A DNA stretch of 60,991 nt, filler included, from Globobulimina sp. (GCA_003354225.1; 15 parts of 15 records of this genome joined end to end with filler, not necessarily neighbours in it); one strand, 5' to 3'; shown: positions 1 through 12,130, counted from the whole stretch's first letter. Made by a program: numbers and translations. The notes: generated from the sequence alone by a model not told the origin.

Positions 1-445
1 GTATGTGATTAATATATATAGTGTTTTGTGACGGTATGCATTAATATTGTTTTATACGGCATGCATACTCAATTAAATCATCGTAATGAGTCTAATGACT
101 TAAATTATTTTCGTTTTGTGTATCTTTCATATAAAATTAAATTATTTTCGGATTTCTTTTACACGCATTGTACCCTCTTTAAATTTAATTTAATTCTACA
201 AAAGTACTTGTTTGTAATCGTTGATAAATGCCATTCCAATATCTGATCATCCAAAATGTACAGATTGTAATATATAGTCAGTTTCAGATGGTTCTGGACT
301 GTGGAGATACGGAGTTCTGGCTGGCAACGAATTCCATGCTATCATTAATAACAATTTTCTCCGAGCTAGCTAGTGTTGCAACGGGCTGCGCTAAACATAG
401 CAGTTGTTGATTCCCTTCACTTGTGGCGAAATCCTATTGTACTAT

Positions 446-844
446 ATGTCCATTGAACTCTTTACATCGACGCCATCCGGGGATAGCTATCCAACTTTTG
501 ATTTGGAAGACGGAATACGACAAAACGAGGATAGCAATGAAGAATATGAGAGCGATGTGAAACCGAGTTGTATTAAATCAGAGGCGAATCCCTTAACAAT
601 TGCTCGAGAGAAAAAAATAAACGATGGTCAATCATTAAAGGTAACATTTGATGAAAGAGTAGAAGTTCGTTATTTGCAATGCGACGGTCCAATTTCAGGA
701 AAGAAAAAACAGAAAAGATTGTCGCTCAAGAAAATATTCCTTCTTTCTATAGCTAAAAAGAGAAAAACCATTATTAATAAACAAAACACCGTATCACTTG
801 GCATGATTGGTGTTATATTGTTAATATCACTTATTTGTATTTAA
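446..844 (+). CDS. Small tail-anchored protein with RVxF-like PP1-docking motif
   Basis: First ATG at 446 (MSIELF...). Acidic N-terminus, KVTFDERVEVRY motif, basic patch, and a C-terminal hydrophobic helix (VSLGMIGVILLISLICI*). Confidence 0.6.
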   Translation: MSIELFTSTPSGDSYPTFDLEDGIRQNEDSNEEYESDVKPSCIKSEANPLTIAREKKINDGQSLKVTFDERVEVRYLQCDGPISGKKKQKRLSLKKIFLLSIAKKRKTIINKQNTVSLGMIGVILLISLICI

Positions 845-1389
845 GTAATATGTAAGTAAGTATGCCAGTGAATGGTTTGCAACGTGTTCACCTTTTTTTT
901 CCCTTTTTTTTTCTTCCGTATGTACATATCATTAAATATTTTTTTTTATGTCTTGTTATTTTGTTTTTGTTTTTGTTTAAATGTCTGAACGGCATGCTTA
1001 CTGATTCCAATTCTGTTTGTTTTTCTATGTTTTACTCACATTGTACCTCCTTTACTTTTATTTATAATATACTGGTACCCGGTACTTGTTTGTACTTAAT
1101 GTTTCAAAACGTTTTTTAGAGTATGTGCAAGGATATCGTTCAATTTTAAAGCAGTCTGTAGTATGACTAGTATCCTTGCACACATCGACACATTAGTTCA
1201 AAGTGCTTTCTTTGTGGTCAGTCTCTTTGGTCCAAAATACAAATCAAACGTATATCAAAATTAGACAATTAATCAATTAATTGACCTGATTATTGTTGTA
1301 TACCAATCATTAAAATGGTTAGAATTTATTCTTCCACTCACTTGTGAATTATTGAAATAAAAAATTAAATTCGAAGAAATGGTACAAAT

Positions 1390-2752
1390 TCAAGGTATTG
1401 AATGAATTGTGATATTTCTGTTTGTTAATGTATCAAAATATATTTTCGCATCACATAAATTAATATCTAAAGGAGAGTCAGAATGAATTGTTGCAAAATC
1501 ATGATACAAATCACAATCAAAATAATTCCCAGCCAATCTTAGATCTTGTAAATGTTTCTTATTTCTTTTATTCACAATTTGTGTAATATTACCAATAAAA
1601 TTATTATTATGTAACCAGAGCACTTGTAATTTGTTTAATGATTGTAAATTACTGATATTTCCATGCAAGTTATTATTATCCAATGCTAATATTTGCAAAT
1701 TATGAAATGTTGAAATAATTGGTGGAAATTGTCGATTTAATTTATTATGCGATAATATTAAAATTTCCAATTCTTTACATTCTTCAAATGATAACGGGAA
1801 GCCACCTCTTATTTTATTATGCGATGCCATTAATATTTTCAATGAAATGTGTCTCCCTAAATATTGTGGCAAAAATCCAGAAATATTATTATTTGATATG
1901 CGAAATATTTGCAAATTTCTTTGTATCCCAAATGTTGATGGTATGGTTCCAGAAATATAATTACTTTCAATCTCAAATATTTTTAATGATTCAATAAAAG
2001 CAAATATATCATCATGGATTGTACCAACAAATTGATTGTTATTCAATCTTAATATTTGTAACAAGGCTAAACTTGCGATAAAATCGATATTTCCAGACAA
2101 GAAATTCCGCGATAAATCCAATTCTATCATCTAAAATTCTAAACATTTGTTATCTGAATAAAGCAAGAAAAGGGAAAACAACTTAATACGTTTTGTAGAT
2201 TGATGAATATATTCGGCACAGTCCCAGTTAGATTATTTCCGATCAGTTTCAAATGTGTTATATATCCGTTATCTGTGCAGGTTACACCATATTCAGCACA
2301 TAACGTTGCCTTAAAAAGTTTACACAAATATTTCAACAATGTTCTTGATTTAATAAAAACACACTTTTGAAAAATCCCAATTTCGAAGCCAAAATATGCC
2401 ATTTGTAGAATGATAAAATTCTTTCAATGCGTTTTGTTCTTTTTGTATCTGATAAGGAACATCTTCTTTTGTAAATTCTTCAACAAATTCATTTGGATCA
2501 TCTGCAATTTCCGAAAGAAATAAAATAAAATGAAAGTATTTTTGGTGAATAGATATATACAGAGCACGTACCATAATGAGCAAGATTATATTTCTGTTGA
2601 TTTGTTAGTTGATATTCTAATTTTGGTGCTTGATAGTTTGGTAATACTTCAATTTCAGCCGTTGTTTCGTTTGTTATGTTTGTTAGATTGGATATATTTG
2701 GAGCAGTTAGGATGTTGTACAAAGAAAAAAGTATTATTCCTACAAAGATCAT
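1390..2752 (-). CDS. Leucine-rich repeat protein (plant-type LxxLxLxxNxLxGxIP) with N-terminal hydrophobic segment and LRR cap, 4 exons
   Basis: GT-AG introns 2571-2502, 2364-2310 and 2189-2131 join the ORF pieces in frame (HY/DDP, WDFSK/ATLCAEYGVTC, LQN/MIELDLS). About 9 LRRs. The cap reads EQNALKEFYHSTNG..W..NW..YGVTC. The true start may be further upstream. Confidence 0.85.
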
Positions 2753-2874
2753 ACTTCAAATGAAAATGTTTTTTCTCAGTGAAAACCCTCAAGTCGATCC
2801 TTGCACATATAAATTATACATACGTACAGTATAATGAGTATAGAAATACATAATGCATCAATTAAAGTTAAAAG

Positions 2875-3939
2875 TTAAATATCCCATTCTTCCGTCATAG
2901 GATTCCAACATTGTCTGCTTTCTGCAACACTCAATTTATCCAATTCATTCATCTCTTCATCACTTAAATTAAAATCAAATATATTGCCATTCTCTGTTAT
3001 CCTGAATGGTGTCACTGATTTTGGCAATACAACAAAGCCTTTTTGTAAGCCCCATCTCAACATAACTTGTGCCCAGGATTTGCCATATTTGCTGCCAACA
3101 CTCGCCAACAACTCATTATCTTTTGCAATGTCACATGCTTGGCTCAATGGACAATATCCCTCCAATACAATATCATTATCTTTACAATATTGAATCAATT
3201 CAGTTTCATATAAAAACGGTGAAATTTCTATTTGATTTACTGTTGGTTTTCGCAATTTTAATCTTGACAACGTTTCTAAATGTTTTATACCGAAATTAGA
3301 GACACCGATTGATTTTATTTTGCCATTCTTTTGTGCTGCAATCATAGCTTTATATAAGTCGATGACATCCCGTCCTCGTTCTCCTTTCTTTTTGTCAGAA
3401 TGAGGCGAATGTATTAATAATAAATCAATATAATTAGTTTGCAAATGCTTCAATGACTCATCGATACATTTCCTGCAACTCTCAGCATCGCGCACTGAAC
3501 GCGCTATCTTTGTAGTTATAAATAAATCTCCTCGCTGAATATTTTTATTTTTATCATTTACTATCAAATTAATGGCGTCTCCCACAATATATTCTGTTCT
3601 GTAACGCTGTGCTGTATCAATATGTGTATAGCCATAATTTATTGCTGTCATCACTGCGGTTTTGAATTCATTCATTTCAACTTTATTTTGGATGTGATGT
3701 TCTTTTAATTCCTGTTGAGTTAATTTATTTGCATCAAATTTGTCAAATCTGTTTTCTCGATGAGGTGAAAATGTCCCTAAGCCGACTACGCCAATGGATC
3801 GGCCATCATTTAGTTGAATCTTTGCACTGTTCAATTCTTTGTTAAATGAACAAGTTTCTGCTTGTTTTGAATCGTCACAAGATATATTCACAAATGAGAT
3901 GATGTCATCAATAATTTGTAAAAGTTTCGAAGCGGACAT
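2875..3939 (-). CDS. Aldo/keto reductase
   Basis: Motifs GLGTF, IDTAQRY, LFITTKI, YIDLLLIHSP, IGVSNF, NQIEISP and LPKSVTPFRI. Catalytic D/Y/K/H are present. Confidence 0.95.
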   Translation of the reverse strand: MSASKLLQIIDDIISFVNISCDDSKQAETCSFNKELNSAKIQLNDGRSIGVVGLGTFSPHRENRFDKFDANKLTQQELKEHHIQNKVEMNEFKTAVMTAINYGYTHIDTAQRYRTEYIVGDAINLIVNDKNKNIQRGDLFITTKIARSVRDAESCRKCIDESLKHLQTNYIDLLLIHSPHSDKKKGERGRDVIDLYKAMIAAQKNGKIKSIGVSNFGIKHLETLSRLKLRKPTVNQIEISPFLYETELIQYCKDNDIVLEGYCPLSQACDIAKDNELLASVGSKYGKSWAQVMLRWGLQKGFVVLPKSVTPFRITENGNIFDFNLSDEEMNELDKLSVAESRQCWNPMTEEWDI

Positions 3940-3977
3940 GATCGAGTTTTAATAGTTTTTTATAAACAACTGTACTC

Positions 3978-4077
3978 NNNNNNNNNNNNNNNNNNNNNNN
4001 NNNNNNNNNNNNNNNNNNNNNTTAATTAATTAANNNNNNNNNNNNNNNNNNNNNNNNNNNNNNNNNNNNNNNNNNNN
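3978..4077. other. Artificial contig-joining linker (44 N + TTAATTAATTAA + 44 N); first of 14
   Basis: Identical 100-bp linkers start at 3978, 8055, 12131, 16205, 20279, 24352, 28424, 32496, 36568, 40640, 44712, 48783, 52853 and 56923. The 12-mer gives stops in all six frames. The intervening pieces shrink from 3977 to 3969 bp. Confidence 0.98.
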
Positions 4078-4103
4078 GATCAAATACCTCAATCTTTAAC
4101 GCA

Positions 4104-5931
4104 ATGAATAACTCCAATAATACCAATAATAATACTAATAATTCCATATTAAATGCTTCCATATCTCATTTACAAACAGATTCCGAGATAATATTCAATG
4201 AATCCGTGCCAATCATCGTTCGAACCTCTATGACAGAGACAAATACGCAACTGCTCACCTTAAAAATTGAAAAACTTGTGCAATTACCACAAAATCAGCA
4301 TATTTTATCCGTCACGTTGACCGACGAAGTTTTGTTTTTTAATTTTATTTTTCGTAGTCGTAGAAATTATTTTTTATTATTTTCCACAGTCAGATCCATA
4401 TTTTTTATACACATTGGTAGTGAATGAGAATGATTTCCATCATTTAAAATCAGATCAGACGCTGTTGGTTGATTTCGCCGTATTTCCTAAATCATTGGTG
4501 ATGTTATTACAGCAATGTTTGCAGTGCAAAAACATGGAACATCCCAAGTTTGTGGCGGTCTTAATCTATAACAACAACAATGGCAATACCTCGGCCATCT
4601 TATCCGTGCAAGAAACCAACCAATTCCGTCATTTACAGCATATTTCATTGAAATTAATGCCAGCCTCTGCCGACAAATTGCGTCAATATTTAGGCCAAAC
4701 TCTGATGCTTTACAAGGGCGAAACGACCAAATTGAACAAATTATATTTCGATTGCAAGCAGACATTGCAGCGCTGCAAAATGGACAAGAAACAGGCCGAG
4801 AATTATGTGTCGGAAATAAAATCCAAATACGAGCAATGTTTGTGTGATTTGAAAACCTCGCATTCCGCTTCGATATCGTCGTTGAAGCAGAACAATTTGG
4901 AGCAAATGGAAGAAAATCGCAAGGAATTATTGAATAAGAAAAACGACTTAGAAAAGGAGCTGAAATTTCAAATCAAAACTCAAACTTTGAAATATAACAA
5001 ATTGAAGGAGCAGTTTGACGAATTGAATACGAATACGTTGACATTGGAGAATAAATACAAGAACACGGCGGAAATGCTGACAGTGACGAAGCAGAGCTAT
5101 GAGAATAACAAGAAAGAGTTATCTGAGTTGCGCGTCGAATGTAAGAATTTGGATCAGTTGAAATTCAAATATGAGAAGGAAATCAACCAACATTTGGTCA
5201 ACATCTCGGCGTTGAAGCAGCAGATTGTGGACAAAGCAGAGATCAACAACAATAATACGAGTTTGTTGAACTCGCAAAAAGAGCAGAAAAGGTCGATGGA
5301 GCAACAGGTGAAATTATATAAATCCAATTTGGAGAAATCAGAGAAAAAAGTCAAAGAATGCATTAAGGAGATCAACAAAGGAAATAACATCATCTCGCAT
5401 TTACAGAACGAAATTCGGAATCAAAGGAACAAGAACAAATTGAAGGAGCAAAAGCTGTTAAATATGGCGTCGACGGCCAACAACAACAACGACGATATGC
5501 ACAAATTGAAGGAGGAGATCAAGAGCAAGACGGAGATGGTGAATAAGTATAAAACGGATGTGCAGGAATTGAAAAATACGTTGATTGGCTGTAAGGAGAA
5601 ATTGCAGGAATCGCAGAAAGCCATTGAGTCGAATCAGAGAGTGATTGCGTATTTAAACAAACAGTTAAATGACAATCAGATGAATAATAATATATTTTCG
5701 AGCAACAATCAATTATTGGCGGGGATGACACCGTCGCCGTATTCCAACAAGGCGATGAGTAATAATATGGCGTCCAAGTATCAGTCGCCATATTTGAGCA
5801 AAATGAGCGGAGTGCATTCCAATCCGAATACTATTTCTGGTCTAAGCAATATTGCCAATACTGCCACTTCGCCCATTTTGAATAATAACAGCAATCAAAC
5901 AACCACGCGGTCTTCTTACTTTCCTCAATAA
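4104..5931 (+). CDS. SAS6: Centriole cartwheel protein SAS-6, 2 exons
   Basis: Intron 4329-4389 restores LTDE/SDPYFLYTLVVNENDFHHLKSDQTLLVDFAVFPKSLVMLLQQC (SAS-6 head/PISA motif). A long coiled coil and a disordered tail follow. Confidence 0.93.
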
Positions 5932-6032
5932 AAATGATTTTGTTTTCAACTTTCTTTTGTCTTTGTTGTGTGCGGGTACTTAATTATCAGTTTTAATTTA
6001 TTTATTTATTTCAAAACTTTAGTAATTTGAGC

Positions 6033-6746
6033 ATGGCTTCGCTGGATCTGGATATCGATATCGATGCAACTGCTTTTGTAGAAGTAGAACAAGGACCAAT
6101 GTTTATGGATTATGAAGCTAGGACTAAAGCATTGAATGCAGGAGAAACACTTGAACCTTTTGTGCAGGTTAGAAATTTCTAGTTGTTTGAATTAAAATTG
6201 TGAGATGGCACAACTATGATATTTACAGAGAGCAGCACGAAACTGTCCATATTGCAAAGCAGAATTAAAAGGGCCGTGTGCTTCCCAATTTGCTGACCTT
6301 TACAAATGTGCAATAAAGAGAGGCGACAAACTTATCACATCAAAAAACTGCAAATCTTTTGCCGACATTTATATGTTTGGATCTTTTCTATTTGGTTTGG
6401 CTTTTGCAAAATCATATGGAACATGCATTGGTTTTGATTGATTTGTGTGTATAAAATACATAGAGAGTGTGTGGAGATTGATTATGTAAAGAGGCAAACA
6501 TTGTGTCCAATGTATATGACATTTTTGAAAACAAACATAGAGTCATCGCCATGCAAGAAGCAGTTGAAAATGATGAAAAAAATGTGTTGGAAGCCGAACA
6601 AAACGCGGAGGCCAAATAACCAACAAATTAATTCAATCTGCATTAATGCTACAAATGAATTAAGGCGATGTGTGCAAGGAACATCGCATATGTATAATTA
6701 CATGGGATTTTGGAGGAAATACGATGGGGGACAAGCACCTGTCTGA
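6033..6746 (+). CDS. GCK/CHCH-type protein with two CX9C-type helical hairpins (187 aa), 3 exons
   Basis: Introns 6168-6228 and 6375-6463 give CPYC-x7-C-x9-C...C-x9-C followed by CP...C-x10-C...C-x9-C. The second CX9C only forms across the predicted splice, which supports the model. Confidence 0.75.
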
Positions 6747-6856
6747 TTAATCCTTGCTTTTACATCTCAGAACTACTATGACTGCCATCTCCTGTTCTTC
6801 TTAGTTTTTGAAGTAGTCGACAAATTAAAAAAACTTTTTTTCCAAATCATCAAAAC

Positions 6857-8054
6857 ATGTCTCAAGAATTAAGAATTGTGAAACAAAGAAATTGTGATTG
6901 CAGTGTGCATTCTTATGCGAATGATATTTGTTCAATTTGTAATGATTGGAGTGGAGATGCACAATTACCGGATATTAAATGTTCACAATGTAGCAATTCG
7001 TATCATTTATTATGTTTAAAACCATCGCAACGAGTACCCAATTCGTGGAATATTTGTCAAGAAATTATTGGGAAGACAATTAAATGCCATAAAGGTGAAA
7101 CGCAAAGATTTAAATTTGAAGAAGAACAACAAATAACCGATACTAAAAAGGAAGTTGTAAGATTAAAAAAGCGGTATGCGAATAAAATAACTGATTTGAA
7201 TCCTGAAGTGGGTGGATATCGATTTTATGAATCTTTTTCTTGGAACAATGTGCAATACAAAATTACTGATTTTGTTCAAATATTTTATGCTGAAAATGGA
7301 ATATGTGTGGCACAGATTGTTAATATATATTTAGACCCTCACAATGTCGCAAAATTAGTGGTTGAATGGTATTGGACAACGCGAGAAAGTGATTTTTTAT
7401 CTCAAAACTTTCCAAATGAGAATTATTTATTATTTGAAGAAAAAGTGGGTTGGTTTTTACAATCAACAGAAATTAAATTAATTATTGGTAAAATATCTAT
7501 TTGTTCATCAAAATCCGAATGTATTAAAATGAGAAAAAAATTAGAAACTTCGTGGAAAAATATTAGAAAACTACAGCAAAATAATAATATTGATTGTATT
7601 AATGATGTAAATGTTGAGTATGTATCATGTTTTATTATATCATCAACAAAATTTAATTCAAAAACTGGAATTTTAATTAAAAATGAATCAAAAAATAAAC
7701 AAAAGGATGAAAAAAGTGATGATGGTAACAATGAAAATGAATTAATGATTGGATATGTTTCAAATGATAATCCAATGGACAGTGCATGCGATGAATTGAC
7801 GACATCGTCTGATGGAAATAATGAATATTTAAATAGTGATCAATTGCAACTTCAACCATCAAAGAAAACCAATCAAAATAATTCAAATTGTATTAATATT
7901 AATAATGATGAAACCAATGCAAATAATAAAAATGTAGCATTGGATATTAATGATTTAAATGATTCTGATGTGAAAATTGAAGAAAATAATCAAAATACAA
8001 GAAATGAAACAGAAACAGAAAAGAGTGTTATTTATAAATTGAAACATTGTTATA
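6857..8054 (+). CDS. PHD finger + BAH domain chromatin protein (3'-truncated)
   Basis: CSIC..CSQC..YHLLC..W..C is PHD-like (last ligand absent). FYESFSWNNVQYKITDFV..VAQIVNIY..VEWYW is BAH-like. The ORF runs into the contig end. Confidence 0.75.
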
Positions 8055-8422
8055 NNNNNNNNNNNNNNNNNNNNNNNNNNNNNNNNNNNNNNNNNNNNTT
8101 AATTAATTAANNNNNNNNNNNNNNNNNNNNNNNNNNNNNNNNNNNNNNNNNNNNTCGCCAATGTTTACAAGAAAAGGTTGCCGAAACTGAATCTGAGTTG
8201 GCCAAATTTATCGAATTAACCATATCAAAACCAAGTTGCGTCCATTCTATGCACAGAAATTATTTATATCCTCAATGTACCGCCACAAAAATATAAATTT
8301 ATTCAATAAGTATACTTTATACCAATTCCATTCGCCTTCCACTATGATTATACCAATGAAGTATACGATCATTCGCCTTCCATTCCCATTTTAAGGCGGC
8401 GCAAATGAGCAGAGTTTATACC

Positions 8423-8494
8423 AATGGCGTTGTGCCAACATTTCATGTACAAGACTGTGAATAGCAACATGCCACTCTTTGGGACAACGCCTTT
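8423..8494. repeat. Short element with 16-bp imperfect terminal inverted repeats, in a putative intron
   Basis: AATGGCGTTGTGCCAA (8423-8438) pairs with TTGGGACAACGCCTTT (8479-8494) at 14/16. The right arm is identical to 49175-49190. Confidence 0.6.
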
Positions 8495-8539
8495 TACCAC
8501 AATACAACATATAATATTTTATATATATACAAACAACAG

Positions 8540-10167
8540 AAGGTAACACCAAAGAAAACGAAAACGAAAACGAAAGCGACGCAGTAAAAGAGAAAGAAAC
8601 GAAGGTTGCTGAAGAAAAACAAGAAAAAGGTTTTTGTGAGGAATGGATCAAAACCGTATGGAAAATGCGTAGTGTTTATGGAGGATTAGCTGTCCATTCA
8701 TTTGATGTTTTGACTGATGTTTTGGTGATATTGCAATGGATACAAACACCAAATGTCGAAGGCGATAATATTGATCCTCAGGTTATGGCGTATTGCGCCA
8801 TCGCAGTCATGATAGCTTCCAAAATTATTTCAGCCGTTGCTATTTATGTAAAAGAAGGGAATATTATACGATGTATGCTTCAATTATGCGATTTATTGAT
8901 ATTCCAAGAAATATACGAAGCGCACAACAAAGTTATCTCAAGTTTTAAAAGCAAACAACTTAAAGACGAACAGAATAACAATGCGATAGAATCAACATTG
9001 TCGTTTAAATATGTCCGAAGTATGGAAGCTATCTTTGAGTCCATTCCTGAATCCATATTGCAAATGGTTTATGTGATGCGGACGTCTGCCATCCAGCCAA
9101 TATTTGTTATTTCCATCATTCAGTCCATTGTTTCAATGACTAATTCCATTTTAAATGATGATTATACGCGAATGCAAGAAGATAAATGGAAGAAACATAA
9201 ACAACGTTTGCCGCCAACCTTTGCTTGTTTTAAACACGCATTGGTACGCTTTGCAGAGATTACATATCGGATTGGTTTGTTAGCTTTGCTGTGGACTGTC
9301 TGCGAAGGACTGACATTCGGTATAATATTAGCTATAGATTTGTTGCTTATTGCTGGCCGAACCCTATTTTTATTTTATGATGAAGAATGGGATTCAGATA
9401 CAATATTATTGAGTATTAATTCGTTGATAGTTATTCCATCCGATTATGTGTATGGTGAAGAAACATATGCATGGTATGAATACTTAGGATGTGAGCAGCT
9501 TTCAAATGGTAATTATTCGCGTGTTGCAGTGTTACTTTGTTGCAATTGTTGTTTTTGTCAGGGTTTAGCAGCATTATTATCCTCACTCTCTGCTTATATC
9601 TGCTTTCCATATATGGAGGATGTCAAGGTCGATGATATCAGGATTAGTTTTATCCCACTAACGAGAATATGTGTATCTTTCACTGAGTTTACATTTTTGA
9701 TTTTGTGGGCTTTTTTTGGTGGCAATGGAGAAAGAAAAGAGTTTTTGTTGTCTGCAGATTATGGATTGGCAATATTTATAACGACATGTGTATGTTTTTT
9801 GATATATACTCAATATTTGGTGTTATTTCCTGACTTCTCATTGCCACTCAATGTTAATGTACGGAGTAAATTTGGCTATGCTTTTTCAAATGAAATAACT
9901 GAATTGAAAAAAGTTAAAATACCTTTGAAAAAAATGCCATATGATAAAAAATATCGGCGCAATACGTGGGAGGTGAAAGATGAGGCGACTTTTTGGGATG
10001 AACCTGTTGCATTTTACAATTGCGACAAAACAAAACCAATAACGGCGGCTGTATTTGCATTAGCAAAGGGGAATTATGATATTGTTGAATGGTTAGAGGA
10101 ACAGGGAGCTGTTCGTCATAAAGGTGTTTCCACAGAAATTGCAAAAGAAATGTTGAAAATTAACTGA
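8540..10167 (+). CDS. XK-related multi-pass membrane protein with a C-terminal ankyrin-like repeat (last exon; 5' exon fragment probably at 8155-8234)
   Basis: FDVLTDV and EAIFESIPESILQ resemble XK-family motifs. Many TM helices. TAAVFALAKGNYDIVEWLEEQGA is ankyrin-like. The frame is open upstream of ATG 8665 to an acceptor at 8539. Confidence 0.65.
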
Positions 10168-10719
10168 ATTAAGCTATGCAATGTTATCTCATATTTATTT
10201 GACACTGTACATATCCAAAATGATTGATAAAAATAAACATTTAAATTCTTCAGTGAAATATAGCACTTTTATATGATGATAGATGTTTGCTTTTTTTCCA
10301 TTACCAAAGTTGATTATTCTTCTGTATAAATTATATTTTTGCTATACTTTTTTTGTTGTTGTATAACGAAAGCTGCCTAATTTTACTTTTTACGTCACGG
10401 TTTTTACAAAGTGTTGAATCTGTCATGATTTTTTCTGAACGACCAAAGTGAAGAATAATTTAAATTAATGAGGTCGTAAACCTCTAAGAAATAAAATTGT
10501 TGAGTTGAATCTTATGATTCAGGCTGCAGAGCAACAAAGTTCTGAATAAACATCAATGTCTGAGGACGTATTGGCACAAAGAATAACATTGTAAATAATT
10601 ATTTTGTACAAGAGAAGTTGTGAAGTTGTGTTGTTTTCAGAGAAGAAACCAAGGACAGTGTTTAATTCGCAACAAACTGTAATAAATAAATACAATACAA
10701 TAAAATAACAATATTTGAC

Positions 10720-12130
10720 TTATATCAATTCAGACAAACTGCCGTCATAACTCATATTCTGATTGGTTTTGTTTAATAAATCCTGAATTTTTTGTAATCC
10801 AATTTTCATCGAACGGGTCGCATCCAATGGAGTGGTGCAACGAAAATAATTCAATTTATTTTTATTTACAACATTAATATTATTTGTTTTATCACTTTTA
10901 TCCATATCATCAACGTCTTGTTGTCGCGAGATATTATACAAAAAATCGGATTTAGATTTAATAGATTTCTCACAAATATTATTTCCATTTAAATTTAAAT
11001 CTCTCTCAGCTGTGTCTACTCGGAATATATTTGGTGTATGCAATCGGGTGTCATTATTATTATTACTTTGTAAAAATTCATTGTTTTGTTTGCATTCATT
11101 CAATAAATACTCATCAACACCGAATTCAGTAAAACCTGTATTATTATCACTGTGACTGTGGCACATCGAGGTGGTTGAGAATGAAGTCAATGCGGTGTCG
11201 GGTCTGCAGCTGATTGTCATCGGTGTGTCCGGAACGGTGCAGGGTATGAACTGACTGCTTTTATCAATAATATGTCCATCATCCATAATATGTTTTGTTT
11301 CTGGTTTTTGTTGTTTGAGAATAACACTTTTTAAACGTTGCAGTTCATTCGAGATTTTCTCATATTTATTCAATTCCAGTTTATCATTTTCTGTTTGGTT
11401 GCAATTCGAATTGGAACTGGAAACATTTGCTATTTGCTCATTGATCTGAAATGCAAACGAAAACACTACAAAATGCATGCAATATAATAGCATATAACAA
11501 TGACCTGTTTCTTATGCATTTGCAATTCGTGTCGAATCTGTTCCCGATTGTCCAGTAAATCCTGTTTCAAACTCAATATTTCCCGTAACATTTGTTTCGA
11601 TGTCGATGGCCGCGAACGTTTCTTCTCTCTCTCATTCGCAGCATCATCAATTACATCGATCTGGCTTCTTTCACATACAATATCTGCATTTCTCGCTATA
11701 TTATTCTGTACTTTTGCTATATTTTCTATATTTTGTAGGTTTATGTTTGATTTGTTGACATTTGCTTTCTTTGCTATATTCACTCCGTTTGCTACATTGC
11801 TCAGATTCGACATATTCATGGCTTCAAATTCCTTTTCGTGTCGATATTTTTCCTCCAATTCCTGTAATTCTTTTTGTATTTTAAGTTCTAATTTCCTTTC
11901 TTTCTCCTTTTCCTCCTCCTCTTTCTCTCTTTTTTTCCTCTTAATTTCCAGTGCCTGCTCCTTTAACTCTTCTTGATATTGTTCCTTTTTTCTGGCTCTT
12001 TCTATTTTCTCTCTTTTTGAATTGTTGCCGAATATGCCCATATTCGCAGAGTTATTATTATTATTATTTGCATTCTCGATCATTTGCCGGTTTCTTTCAA
12101 TTTGCATTTCCAATTTCATACCGTGTTCAT
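10720..12130 (-). CDS. Coiled-coil protein, CSPP1/CCDC66-like charged segment (5'-truncated)
   Basis: Intron 11504-11446 joins HKKQ/INEQ in frame. YQEELKEQALEIKRKKREKEEEEKEKE resembles the CCDC66/CSPP1 domain, but this is weak because the segment is low complexity. Confidence 0.6.

Noticed and set aside
862-1119. Hydrophobic 85-aa ORF and similar short F/L/I-rich ORFs
   Set aside because: These arise from T-rich UTR or intergenic sequence and show no coding signal.
4022-4033. TTAATTAATTAA palindrome recurring every ~4.07 kb as a biological periodic element
   Set aside because: It is always centred in exactly 44+44 Ns, so it is a synthetic six-frame-stop linker. ORFs ending in XXX-LIN are artefacts.
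6672-6680. GTGCAAGGA copy
   Set aside because: It lies in coding sequence (CVQG) of the CX9C gene and lacks the final T, so it was not counted as a motif site.
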